From an uncultured delta proteobacterium (GTDB lineage: Bacteria > Myxococcota_A > Polyangia > Polyangiales > B10-G4), in NCBI GenBank assembly GCA_963727445.1, contig CAVSGI010000010.1, forward strand, positions 1,184,001 through 1,248,000: 64,000 nucleotides of DNA. Direction: 5' to 3'. Under the pieces are notes generated by a model. That model saw only the letters and a program-made list of their open reading frames with translations, was not told the DNA's origin and searched no databases. Each line of letters begins with the position of its first letter. Within the stretch, counting starts at the first letter, position 1. Shown here in pieces: positions 32,328 to 43,013 of this stretch. A program made the position numbers and the translations under genes.

Positions 32328-33548
32328 GTGTACCGAAGCGCGCTACCGGGCTTTTATCGCCTGCCGTTGAACGAGAGGGTCGCTCGCATCGCCGAGCTGA
32401 CCGGCCTCGAGGATGCGGAGGCCCAGACCTTCGATCCCGAGGGCGGTCTCCGGGTGCCGGAGGCCGATCGGATGATCGAGAACGCGTTGGGGGTCTTCGG
32501 GCTGCCCCTCGGGATCTGCGCCAACCTCCGGGTCGACGGCCGGGACCGGCTGGTGGCGATGGCCACCGAGGAGCCCTCGGTCGTCGCTGCCGCGAGCCAC
32601 GCCGCCAAGCTCCTCCGCGAAGGCGAGGGTGTCGTCACAGAGGTGGGGCCGTCGCACATGATCGGCCAGATCCAGGTGCTAGAGGTCGACCGCGGTCAGC
32701 CCATCGGGGACGCGATCGAGGCGGAGAAGGCCTCGCTCCTCGCCCTCGCGAACTCGGCGCATCCGAGCCTCGTCGCCGCGGGCGGAGGCGCCCGGGACCT
32801 CACGACGCGCTCGATCCCCCGGATCGCCGAGCACGATCCGATCGGTGACATGTGGGTCGTCGAGATCCTCGTCGACGTTCAGGACGCGATGGGCGCCAAC
32901 GCCATCAACTCGATGTGCGAGCGGCTGGCGCCGCGGATCGAGGCGATTACCGGCGGGCGGGTGAACCTCCGGATCCTGTCGAACCTCTCCGACCTCCGCA
33001 CGGTAAGAGCCGTCGGTGAGGTGCCGATCGACAAGCTCGATCCGTCGGACCGGGACAGCGCACGCCTTCTCGCGAGCCGCATCGTCGAGGCTTCGGTCTT
33101 CGCCGAGCGGGACCCCTACCGCGCCGCCACGCACAACAAGGGCATCATGAATGGCGTCGACGCCGTGCTCCTCGCCTTCGGTCAGGACACGCGCGCCGTC
33201 GAAGCCGGCGCGCACGCCTACGCAGCGCGCGACGGCCGCTACACGGCGCTGTCGCGCTTCCGCCTCCGCAGCGATGCGCTCCTCTGTGAGCTCGAGCTGC
33301 CCATGGCCGTCGGGACGGTCGGAGGCGTGGCGCACGCGCACCCCACCGTGGCCGTGGCGCGACAGATGGCGAAGATCACCCGCGCCAGCGAGCTCGCGAG
33401 CATCGCCACAGCGGTGGGGCTCGCCCAGAACCTCGCGGCGCTCCGCGCGCTCGCGGGCGAGGGGATCCAGTCGGGGCACATGCGGCTCCACGCGAGAAAA
33501 TCCACGCGGCCACCCGCCGCGACCGAGGAGAAGCGGAGGGCGTCATGA
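32328..33548 (+). CDS. mvaA: Hydroxymethylglutaryl-CoA reductase, class II
   Basis: MIENALG, MATEEPSVVAA, DAMGANAIN, ILSN, RAATHNKGIMNG, VGTVGG and GIQSGHMRLH motifs. Confidence 0.93.
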   Translation: MYRSALPGFYRLPLNERVARIAELTGLEDAEAQTFDPEGGLRVPEADRMIENALGVFGLPLGICANLRVDGRDRLVAMATEEPSVVAAASHAAKLLREGEGVVTEVGPSHMIGQIQVLEVDRGQPIGDAIEAEKASLLALANSAHPSLVAAGGGARDLTTRSIPRIAEHDPIGDMWVVEILVDVQDAMGANAINSMCERLAPRIEAITGGRVNLRILSNLSDLRTVRAVGEVPIDKLDPSDRDSARLLASRIVEASVFAERDPYRAATHNKGIMNGVDAVLLAFGQDTRAVEAGAHAYAARDGRYTALSRFRLRSDALLCELELPMAVGTVGGVAHAHPTVAVARQMAKITRASELASIATAVGLAQNLAALRALAGEGIQSGHMRLHARKSTRPPAATEEKRRAS

Positions 33549-36500
33549 GCAGCTTCATCACAGGTGACGGTTTCGACAGCACTGCCGGCGGGGCGACGGG
33601 CGACCCGGACGACGCCTTCGTCGCGGAGATGATCCCGCGCGTCTCCCGGACCTTCGCGCTCTCCATCTCGCTCTTGCCCCGAGCGCTCCGCGAGCCGGTG
33701 GGCATCGGCTATCTGTTGTGCCGCATCGTCGACTCGATCGAGGACGAGGCGTCCCTCGCGCGCGCGTCGCGCGAGGCGCTCTTCGACGCCTTCGACGCGG
33801 CGCTCACCTCGGATCGCCACGACACCGATGCGCTCGAGACGCTCGCGCGCCGCGAAGCCCTCGGCGGAACCGACGCAGAGCACCGCCTCACCACCCACGC
33901 AGGCGCCGTCTTTCGCGCGTTCCGACGCCTGCCGCGCGTCCAGCGAGACGCGATTCGCCCCCACGTCCTCGAGATGTCCGCCGGCATGCGGGAGTTCGCC
34001 GCGCGCACCGACGAGCGCGGCGCCTTCGCGATCGACGACGTCGCCGACCTCGAGCGCTATTGCTACTACGTCGCCGGCACCGTCGGCCTGCTCCTCACCG
34101 AGCTCTTCGAGCTGGAGGTGCCGGAGCTGGACGAGGACGCGCGACGCGTCATCCACGAGACCGCGGTCGCCTTCGGCCTCGGCCTTCAGCTGGTGAACAT
34201 CGCCAAGGACGTCGCCGACGACGCCGCGCGCGGCGTCTGCTTCCTACCCGTCGATCGGGCGCGTGCCCTCGGCCTCGATCTCTCGCGCATCCTCGACTCG
34301 GACCAGCGCGACCAGGGCCTCGCGCTCCTGAACGAGGTCTGCGACCTCGCGCAGAAGCATCTCGATGCGGCGCGGCGCTACACGCTCGCCTGGCCCGACG
34401 GCGCTGCCGGAGGCGAAGGTGAAGCGGTCCGCCTCTTCTGCGCCGTGCCCCTCGCCCTCGCCGTCGCCACCCTGCGCGAGAATCCGCCGCGGCGACGATT
34501 CCCTCAGGAAGGGCCACAACCCGAAGGTCTCCCGCGAGACCGTCTCGAAGATCGTCGAGCGCGCCCTTCAGGGCGCGGGCGACGACGACGCCCTCGGGGC
34601 GCTGCTCTCCGCCGAGCCCGACGCCCTCGATCACACCGCGCCCACCAGCGCCGAAAAGCGCGCCCAGGCGCTCCTCGCCGCCACCGATCGCGCGAGTCGG
34701 TTCCTGCGGAGCATCCAGGCGCCCGAAGGCTTCTGGAAGGGCGAGCTCGAGACCAACGTGACCATGGACGCGGAGGATCTGCTCCTGCGTCAGTTCCTCG
34801 GCATCCGCACCGAAGAGGACACCCAGGCGGCCGCGCGCTGGATCCGCTCGCAGCAGCGCGAGGACGGAACCTGGTCGAACGCCCGCGGCGGGCCCGCGAA
34901 TCTGTCGACGACCATCGAGGCCTACGTTGCGCTCAAGCTCGCCGGCGACTCCACGGAGCTGCGCCACATGAAGATCGCCGCGGCGTGGATCCGCGACCAG
35001 GGCGGCGTGCGCGAGTCGCGCGTCTTCACCCGCATCTGGCTGGCGCTCTTCGGGCTCTGGCCCTGGGAGACGCTCCCCAAGCTCCCGCCGGAGATGATGC
35101 TCCTGCCGCACTGGGTGCCCCTCAACGTCTACGACTTCGCCTGCTGGGCCCGCCAGACGGTGGTCGCGATGACGGTGGTGATGAGCTATCGCCCGGTTCG
35201 GCACATCGGCTTCGACATCGACGAGCTCTCGAACGGTCCGATCGATCACAGCCGCGATCACCACACCGTGCCGGAGCGCGTCTTCGCGCGCGTCGACAAG
35301 GCGCTCACCGTGTACGAGCGCTTCCCGATCCGCCCGCTGCGCGAGCGCGCCCTCGCCGAAGCCGAGCGCTGGATCATCCAGCGTCAGGAGGCCGACGGCT
35401 CTTGGGGCGGCATCCAGCCGCCCTGGGTCTACTCGATCATGGCGCTGACCCTGCGCGGCTACCCGCCCTCTCATCCGGTCATAAAGGCGGGCCTCGAAGG
35501 GCTCGATCGCTTCACCATCCGCGAGGATGGCGTGCGTCGCCTCGAGGCGTGTCAGTCGCCGGTGTGGGACACGGCCTACGCCGTTCAGGCCCTCGCCGAC
35601 GCCGGCGCTTCGCCCTCGGACGACGCGATGGTGCGCGGCGCCGGGTGGCTCCTCGACCAGGAGGTTCGCCAGCGCGGCGACTGGTCGATTCGCCGCCCCG
35701 ACCTGCCCCCGGGCGGTTGGGCCTTCGAGTTCGCCAACGTGAACTACCCGGACGTCGACGACACCGCCGAGGTGATCATCGCCCTGCGACGCGCGGCCTA
35801 TCCGGACCCGCAGCGCATGGAGTCGGCCATCGCCCGCGGCGTGCGCTGGCTCCTCGGCATGCAGAGCAAGGACGGCGGCTGGGGCGCCTTCGACGCCGAC
35901 AACACCCAGCGTCTCGTGCGCGACATCCCCTTCTGCGATTTCGGCGAGGTCATCGATCCACCGAGCGCCGACGTCACCGCCCACGCGGTCGAGACGCTCT
36001 GCAAGGAAGGGCTCACGAACCATCCCGCGACCCAGGCCGGCATTCGCTGGCTCCTCGACCATCAGGAAAACGACGGCTCGTGGTTCGGACGTTGGGGCGT
36101 GAACTACGTCTACGGCACGGGGGGCGTCCTGATGGCCCTCGCCGAGACCGACCTCGACACGAAGTCCGACGCGATCCGTCGCGCCGTCCGCTGGCTCTAC
36201 GACAAGCAAAACGCCGACGGCGGTTGGGGCGAAGACGTCCGCTCCTACGAGGATCGCAGCTGGGCGGGGCGCGGCCCGAGCACGCCGTCCCAGACGGCCT
36301 GGGCGCTGCTCGGGCTGATCGCGGTCGGCGAGACGGGAGATGCCGTTCGTCGCGGCATCGACTACCTCGTCTCGCAGCAGCGCGAGGACGGAGGCTGGGA
36401 GGAGACCGAGTTCACCGGCACCGGCTTCCCCTGCGACTTCTACATCAACTACCACCTCTACCGTCAGGTCTTCCCGACCATGGCCCTCGGCCGCTACGCG

Positions 36501-36584
36501 CGCGCCCTCGGCCTGATCGCGAACGCGCCGAAGCCAGGTCGAGGTCTGGTGCAGCTTCGCCTCGTCGAGCAGGGGCAGAGCTGA
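33545..36584 (+). CDS. shc: Fused squalene synthase / squalene-hopene cyclase (one extra A near 34481 shifts the frame; 1012 aa if removed)
   Basis: SQS motifs SRTFALSI, YLLCRIVDSIED, YCYYVAGTVG, LQLVNIAKD, then KVSR after the shift; SHC motifs WKGELETNVTMDAE, SPVWDTA, YPDVDDTA (DxDD), QW repeats, GSWFGRWG, GTGFP; no separate start for SHC and no stop for SQS. Confidence 0.85.
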
Positions 36585-36593
36585 AGACGCGCG

Positions 36594-37172
36594 ATGCTCG
36601 CTTCCCACCAGACGGCGGCTGACAGAGCGCTGATCCTCGCACCCCTCGCGGTCGAGGCCATGGCCCTGGGCCGCGGCCTTCGCCATCGCGTGATCAAGAC
36701 GGGGATGGGTCCAGCGAGGTCGCGCCGCGCCGCGCGCCGTCTCGAGGACGAGCAGGCGGATCGCGTCTTCGTGGTCGGCGTCTGTGGTGCGCTCGACCCG
36801 GCGCTGTCGCCGGGCGACGTCTTCGTAGCCGACGAAGTGCGGGGGCCGGACAAGACGGTCACCTGCGACGCCGACCAGGTAGCCGAAGCCCTCGAAGCCG
36901 CGGGCCTCGGGGTCGTCCGCGGCGTGCTCGTGTCCACCGACCACGTGGTCACCGGCGCCGAGCGCGCCGCCCTCCATGACGAAGGCGCTCACGCCGTCGA
37001 CATGGAGTCCTTCTTTCTGTCGTCCCTCGCCCGCGGCCGGCGCTTCGCCGTCGTCCGCGTCGTGGTCGACACCCCTTCGCGCGAGCTCGGTCGCGCGCTT
37101 CACACCGCAGTCGCGGGCGCGCGGGCGCTCCGCACCCTCGGGCGCATCGGTAGCGTCCTCGATCAGCTCTGA
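36594..37172 (+). CDS. hpnG: Hopanoid-associated nucleoside phosphorylase HpnG-like
   Basis: TGMGP, GVCGALDPxLxPGD, AVDMES and VRVVVD motifs; lies between shc and hpnH. Confidence 0.8.
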   Translation: MLASHQTAADRALILAPLAVEAMALGRGLRHRVIKTGMGPARSRRAARRLEDEQADRVFVVGVCGALDPALSPGDVFVADEVRGPDKTVTCDADQVAEALEAAGLGVVRGVLVSTDHVVTGAERAALHDEGAHAVDMESFFLSSLARGRRFAVVRVVVDTPSRELGRALHTAVAGARALRTLGRIGSVLDQL

Positions 37173-37189
37173 ACTCTCAGGAGAAACGA

Positions 37190-38200
37190 ATGGGTATCCC
37201 GGTCCAGCAACAGCTCATCCTCGGCTCGTACCTTCTCAAGAAGAAGCTCAAGCGGCAGAAGAAGTTCCCGCTCCTGGTGGAGATCGAGCCGCTCTTCGCG
37301 TGCAACCTCGCCTGCTCCGGCTGCGGGAAGATCCAGTACCCGAAGGAGATCCTGAAGAAGCGCCTCAGCGTCCAGCAGGTGCTCGACGCCATGGATGAAT
37401 GCGGCGCACCGATGTGCTCCATCGCCGGCGGCGAGCCGCTCATCCACCCCGAGATGGACGTGATGGTCCGCGAGCTCCTCGCGCGCGGGAAGATCGTCTT
37501 CCTCTGCACCAACGCCCTGCTGCTCGAGAAGAAGATGCACCTCTTCGAGCCGCACCCGCGCTTCAGCTGGACGATCCACCTCGACGGCCTGCGCGATCGC
37601 CACGACGAGACGGTCTGCCGCGAGGGCACCTTCGACAAGGCGGTCTCGGCCCTGCGCGAGGCGAAGCGCCGCGGCTTCCAGGTCACCACCAACTCGACCT
37701 TCTTCAAGAGCGACACCCCCGAGGACGTCCGCAAGGTGCTCGACTTCCTGAACGACGACCTGGGCGTCGACGGGATGATGATCTCCCCCGGCTTCGCCTA
37801 CGAAAAGGCGCCGAAGCCCGAGGAGTTCCTCTCGGTCCCGGAGGCGCGCGAGCTCTTCCGCGCGGCCTTCGCCGACGGCCACCGCGAGAAGTGGCGCCTC
37901 AACCAGAGCCCCCTCTTCCTCGACTTCCTCGAGGGCCGGGCCAACCTCGAGTGCACCCCCTGGGCGATCCCCAGCTACTCCATCTTCGGCTGGCAGAAGC
38001 CCTGCTATCTCATGGGCGATGGCTACGTGGAGACCTATCAGGAGCTCCTCGAGACCACCGAATGGGAGCGCTACGGCCGCGGCCGCGACCCGCGCTGCGC
38101 CAACTGCATGGCCCACTGCGGTCACGAACCGACGGCGGTGATGGCGACCATGGGCTCGCTCCGCGAGGCGGCGCGCGCCGCCATGAGCTCGAACGCATGA
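37190..38200 (+). CDS. hpnH: Adenosyl-hopene transferase HpnH (radical SAM)
   Basis: EPLFACNLACSGCGKI, SIAGGEPLIHP, LCTNA, CTPW, GWQKPCYL and CANCMAHCG motifs. Confidence 0.93.
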   Translation: MGIPVQQQLILGSYLLKKKLKRQKKFPLLVEIEPLFACNLACSGCGKIQYPKEILKKRLSVQQVLDAMDECGAPMCSIAGGEPLIHPEMDVMVRELLARGKIVFLCTNALLLEKKMHLFEPHPRFSWTIHLDGLRDRHDETVCREGTFDKAVSALREAKRRGFQVTTNSTFFKSDTPEDVRKVLDFLNDDLGVDGMMISPGFAYEKAPKPEEFLSVPEARELFRAAFADGHREKWRLNQSPLFLDFLEGRANLECTPWAIPSYSIFGWQKPCYLMGDGYVETYQELLETTEWERYGRGRDPRCANCMAHCGHEPTAVMATMGSLREAARAAMSSNA

Positions 38201-38289
38201 ACGACTCCTTCGACGAACCGGAGGTCGACGCGGGGGGAAATCCTCACCCCCGTGGCGGCCTGACCCGCGTTGTCCTACGCTACCCTCAG

Positions 38290-38934
38290 ATGGGCGAGCG
38301 GGCGGAAGACCAGGGATCGAAGGGGCCTCGCGGCGCCGAGGCTCGCCGCAGCCGGATCGTCGACGTCGCCATCAAGCTCGCGCGTGGCCGCGGCTTCGAA
38401 GCCGTGGGACTTCGGGAGGTGGCCGACGAAGCCGGCGTCGCGCTCGGGACCCTCTACAAGGTCTTCAGCAGCAAAGAGGAGATGATCTCCGCTGCCGTCG
38501 ACCAGCAGACGCGCCTTCTGCGCAAGCGCTTCGAGCGTTCGCCGGCACGCGGCGAGACCCGCCTCGAGCGCCTCGAGGATCTCTTCACCCGCCTGACGCG
38601 TGCGCTGTGCCGTCGCCCGGCGTACGCGCGCGGGATCATCGCCAGCATCACCGCGAACCATCCGGAGATCTTCGCCAAGGTGCTCGAGCACGAAGACGAG
38701 ATGAACCGGATCCTCATCGCGGCGCTCCGCGGGGGTGACCCGCGCAAGCACGAACCGGCTTCCTTCACCGAGGGCGAGCGGCTTGTGACGTTCCTGCTCC
38801 GGCAGGTGTGGTTCGCAGGCCTGGTGGGCTGGGCCGGAGGCCTCTTCAGCCAGCCGGAGATCGTGCGGCAGGTGATGAGCGCGGCCGAGCTGATCCTCGC
38901 CGGCGCCGACAGCGCCGGTCTCGATCTGACCTGA
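38290..38934 (+). CDS. TetR family regulator, KstR-like
   Basis: HTH GFEAVGLREVADEAGVALGTLYKVFSSK; C-terminal GETRLERL, RLTRALCRRP and QVWFAGLVGW match the KstR ligand domain as I recall it; alternative ATG at 38197 overlaps the hpnH stop. Confidence 0.8.
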   Translation: MGERAEDQGSKGPRGAEARRSRIVDVAIKLARGRGFEAVGLREVADEAGVALGTLYKVFSSKEEMISAAVDQQTRLLRKRFERSPARGETRLERLEDLFTRLTRALCRRPAYARGIIASITANHPEIFAKVLEHEDEMNRILIAALRGGDPRKHEPASFTEGERLVTFLLRQVWFAGLVGWAGGLFSQPEIVRQVMSAAELILAGADSAGLDLT

Positions 38935-39055
38935 GCCCGCGGCTCAGGCCGGCCAATTCGTCTCGCGTCGACTATTCCCGCCGCGCCGATTCTTTTCGAT
39001 TCGCTCGGCGCGATCATCCGCCGCCACCCCAATCGAGCGGTGCTAGAACCCGCGG

Positions 39056-40764
39056 GTGCACACGACGATTCGACTGATCCTTCTCGCGCTCGTCACCGCC
39101 ACCATCGCGTGCGGTGACGATGCTTCGCCACCAGTGGACGCGGCGACCGACGCCGATGCCGGGGTCGCGGACGCTGCGCCCGACGCCGCGCCCCCGATGG
39201 ACTGGCCTTCGATGGACGTGCCCGCCTCCACCGTCCCCGAGGCAGGCGTGCGCCGCGACCTCTTCCTGGTGCCGGGCGTCACGCCCCCGCCGAACCCGAC
39301 CACCATGGCCGCGACGCCCGATGAGCTCGACTTCACCCAGGTCGTCCGCTACCGCCAGGACGCGACCGACCCCGTGCCCGCGCGCGCCATCGTCGTCGCC
39401 ATGCCGGGCTTCCTCGGCGGCGGTCCGAGCTTCGAGACGCTCGCGCACGCGCTGGTGAAGCGCGGCGCGGCGAGCGGAGAGGCGCTCGAGGTGTGGGCCA
39501 TCGACCGCCGCTCGAACCTGCTCGAGGATCTGCGCGGGATGAACACCGCCGAGGCCGCGGGCAATCCGGAGATCGCCCAGGGCTACTACTTCGGTGGGGA
39601 GACCATCGATGGCGAGGCCTTCGGTCGGTTCCGCGCGGCGAGCGAGCTCTCCTTCGAGAGCGAGTGGGGGCTCGCCACACACGTCGAAGATCTCCGCCGC
39701 GTGATCGCGCTGGTCCCGGAGGCCGCGCGCCAGGGACACGTCTTCCTGATGGGCCACTCCCTCGGCGGCGCGTTCACCGAGGCGTATGCGTCTTGGCGCT
39801 TCGAGGATGGGACCCGCGGCGTCGAGGAGCTGGCGGGGCTGATCCTCATCGACGGCGCGCTCGGCGACACCGCCAGCACCGAAGACGCGTACCACGCCGG
39901 AACGATGAGCGCCTTCGGTCCGGTGCCGGGCGTCGATGGCATCCGCGAGTCGGCTCCCTTCACTGCGCTCCCCCTCCTCGGGCTCGCGATCTACGCCCGC
40001 GCCGAGATCATGAGCATGCGAACGCTCGTCGATCCGACCGGCATCGTCGCCGACGGCGGGCGCAACCAGGTCCTGTCCATCCTTCTCTCTCGACCCCCAC
40101 GCAGATCCCGGAGCTCACCAACCAGGCCGCGCTCGGATGGGGCTTCGATTCCGAGTCGAACGCCTTCTCCTTCGCGGCGGTCTCGTGCGGCCGTTCGACC
40201 GGCGGACCCACCGACACCTACGACAACCCCTTCGGCGAAGGCACGCTCCTTCACCCGACCGATCCCGACGCGACCTACGACTGGGTGGACGCGCCCGACG
40301 TCGACCCGCCCGAGCCCACGCCCATCGCCGCCCTCGCCCAGTCGTGGTCCCATGGCGCGACCAACTTCGCGGAGTGGTACTTCCCGAGTCGCCTGCCCGT
40401 CGATCTCTCGGCGGTCGGGGGAACGGACGTGCCCGAAGACGGCTATCAGGCTAGCGAGGGGCTGCGCGCCTTCGACCGCGAGCTGGTGGATGCGCCGGTC
40501 CTGGCCATCGCGGCCGCGCTCCTCGGCCCGAGCGGTTTCGACACGCTCCCCTCGCGCCTCGCCCCCTCGGTCGGCACGGGACGACCGGCGGAGGGAGCGA
40601 CCCGAGACGACGAGCGCGGGCTGCGCGTGATCGATCTCTCGTCGCTGTCGCATCTCGATCCGCTGACCGGCGTCGACAGCGACGCAAACCCCACGGCGCG
40701 GGAGGTGGAGCGCTTCGTGGGGGAGCACGTGGCGGATGGGACGGTCGAAGTACCCCTGATGTGA
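39056..40764 (+). CDS. Alpha/beta hydrolase lipoprotein (frameshift near 40090)
   Basis: Lipobox TIAC; MPGFLGG, DRR, GHSLGG nucleophile; C-terminal SHLDPL in the second frame; shift lies in a CT run. Confidence 0.7.
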
Positions 40765-40854
40765 GACACGAGCGGCGGCGCCCGTGGATGCTTGGTCAAC
40801 GGATCTCGACCCCACGATGGCGGTCCGGAAAAGGTGGTGCCACACTTCGGCGCC

Positions 40855-41853
40855 ATGAAGAGCTTCACTTTCTGGGCTGGTGTGCTCACCGCCCTCTTGC
40901 TTTGCGCCTGCGGTGACGACACACCTCCCGCGTCGAGCTGGGAGACCGTCGAAGAAGGGCTCCCCGGCGCCCTGCTCTCCGTGTGGGGGAGCGCCTCCGA
41001 CGACATCTGGACAGTCGGCGCCGACGCGCGCGACGGATCCGGGCCAGTGGTCCTTCACTACGACGGCGTGGACTGGACACGCGTCGATACGGGTCAGAGC
41101 GCCGGATCGTTGTGGTGGGTCTTCGGCTTCGCCGGCGGCCCGATCTACATGGGCGGCGAAGGCGGCATGATCCTCCGCACCATCGACGGAACGACTTTCG
41201 AGCCGATGACCACGCCCGGGACGAACACCGTCTTCGGCATCTGGGGCGCGTCTGCGGATGACGTATGGGCCGTGGGGGGCTCACCGAACGCCAATGGATT
41301 CGCCTGGCGCCTCCGCGATGGAATGACCTGGGAAGAGGAGCCGAGCGTCCCGAGCGAGATCTCGAGCGCCCACGCGATCTGGAAAGTCTTCGGCACGAGC
41401 GCCTCGGACCTCTGGCTGGTCGGAGAAGCCGGGGTGGGCCTGCATTGGGACGGCAGCACCTTGAGCCAGGAGGACACCGGCGTCGGCAGCAGCCTCTTCA
41501 CTGTCCACGCTCATGGAGGGCGTTACGCCGCTGTCGGTGGGAGCGGTAATGGGATCATCGTGGAGCTCGACGACACGGGGTGGCACAACGTGACACCGAG
41601 CGGCGGATTCGTCTCCGGCTTGAGTGGCGTCTGCCTCGGTCCCATGAATTCCGGTTACGCCGTGGGGGCTTACGGCAGCGTCTTCAGCCGCAGCGCCGAC
41701 GGCTGGACCGAAGTCGACACGGGTCTACTCTTGGACCAGAATCTGCACGGGGTGTGGATCGACCCGAGCGGCGGCGTGTGGGCCGCTGGCGGTCAAACCC
41801 TCAGCGCCAGCCTCGACGACGGCGTCTTGATTCATCGAATGGGAGAGCCATGA
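40855..41853 (+). CDS. Beta-propeller lipoprotein with WGxxxxDVWAVG repeats
   Basis: Lipobox LCAC; repeated VWGSASDDIWTVG / IWGASADDVWAVG units. Confidence 0.75.
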   Translation: MKSFTFWAGVLTALLLCACGDDTPPASSWETVEEGLPGALLSVWGSASDDIWTVGADARDGSGPVVLHYDGVDWTRVDTGQSAGSLWWVFGFAGGPIYMGGEGGMILRTIDGTTFEPMTTPGTNTVFGIWGASADDVWAVGGSPNANGFAWRLRDGMTWEEEPSVPSEISSAHAIWKVFGTSASDLWLVGEAGVGLHWDGSTLSQEDTGVGSSLFTVHAHGGRYAAVGGSGNGIIVELDDTGWHNVTPSGGFVSGLSGVCLGPMNSGYAVGAYGSVFSRSADGWTEVDTGLLLDQNLHGVWIDPSGGVWAAGGQTLSASLDDGVLIHRMGEP

Positions 41854-43013
41854 GCAACGCGAAGAAAATCTCGGCCGTCTGCCTGGGCGCTTGCCTCGCG
41901 CTCGCGGCGTGTGGAGACAGCGACCCCTGTGAAGGCCTCGAGTCCGGCCACGCCTGCACCTGGCTCGGCACCAAGGGCATGGAGGGGTTCAACGGCGACA
42001 ACCACCGCCTCGACACCCAGGTCAACCAGGTCCAGGACATGATCTTCCTGCCGGACGGGACCGCCTGGTTCACGGACTTCAACAACTTCCTCGTCCGCCG
42101 CGTCCACCTCGACGACGGGATGGTGGAGAGCATGATCGGCTGGACCGATCCCATCTTCCCCGGCGATGGGCCCATCGACGGGATCACACCCGCCGGCGCG
42201 CCCGGGGACGAGTGGCAGCTCAACCACCCGACGAACCTGCTGATCTCGCCCGAGGGGCGCATCGTCCTGGTGGCCTGGCACAACCACAAGATCCTCGACG
42301 TCGATCCCCAGGACGGATTCGTCCACGTCATCTGCGGAGGAGGCGCGGGCTACGCGGGTGATGGCGGGCCGGCCGAGGGCGCGAAGTTCAAGCAGCTCAA
42401 CGACGCGACCTACGACGAGGCGGGCAACCTCTACATCGTCGACCAGCAGAACGAGCGCATCCGGGTCATCGACACCTCGGACATGATCAACACCTTCGCC
42501 GGCGACGGGACGATCGGCGACAGCGGGGACGGCGGCCCGGCCGTCGACGCCGAGTTCCACTGGGCGGTGGGCTCGAACCCCAACCCGAGCGGCGGCATCG
42601 TCTATCACGAGGGCAAGCTCTACGTCTCCGACACCGAGAACGACCGGGTCCGCGTCATCGACATCGCCGCGGGGACGGTGGACGCCCTCGCCGGAACGGG
42701 CGAGGAAGGCTATTCGGGCGACGGGGGCCCAGCGGTGGACGCGCAGCTCAACGCGCCGCGCGACCTCGAGATCGGCCCCGACGGCGACCTCTACATCGTC
42801 GAGACCGACAACAGCGTGATTCGCGCGGTAAACCTCGACACGGGCATCATTCGCACCGCCGTCGGCACCGGCGAGCTGGGCCTGGACGAGGAAGAGGGGC
42901 TGCTCGCGACCGAGACCCACCTCCGCCGCCCCTTCGGCATCGTCTTCGACCCTGACGGCAACCTCTTCGTGATGGACTCCCTGAACAACCGCATCGTGAA
43001 GGTGGCGCGATGA
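41850..43013 (+). CDS. NHL-repeat lipoprotein
   Basis: Lipobox LAAC; GYxGDGGPAxxAxLNxP...DGxLYIxDxxNxRIR repeats. Confidence 0.85.
   Translation: MSNAKKISAVCLGACLALAACGDSDPCEGLESGHACTWLGTKGMEGFNGDNHRLDTQVNQVQDMIFLPDGTAWFTDFNNFLVRRVHLDDGMVESMIGWTDPIFPGDGPIDGITPAGAPGDEWQLNHPTNLLISPEGRIVLVAWHNHKILDVDPQDGFVHVICGGGAGYAGDGGPAEGAKFKQLNDATYDEAGNLYIVDQQNERIRVIDTSDMINTFAGDGTIGDSGDGGPAVDAEFHWAVGSNPNPSGGIVYHEGKLYVSDTENDRVRVIDIAAGTVDALAGTGEEGYSGDGGPAVDAQLNAPRDLEIGPDGDLYIVETDNSVIRAVNLDTGIIRTAVGTGELGLDEEEGLLATETHLRRPFGIVFDPDGNLFVMDSLNNRIVKVAR

Noticed and set aside
33545..36622. 1025-aa ORF taken at face value
   Set aside because: After ~34481 it is an Arg/Pro-rich off-frame reading; the SHC motifs are in the other frame
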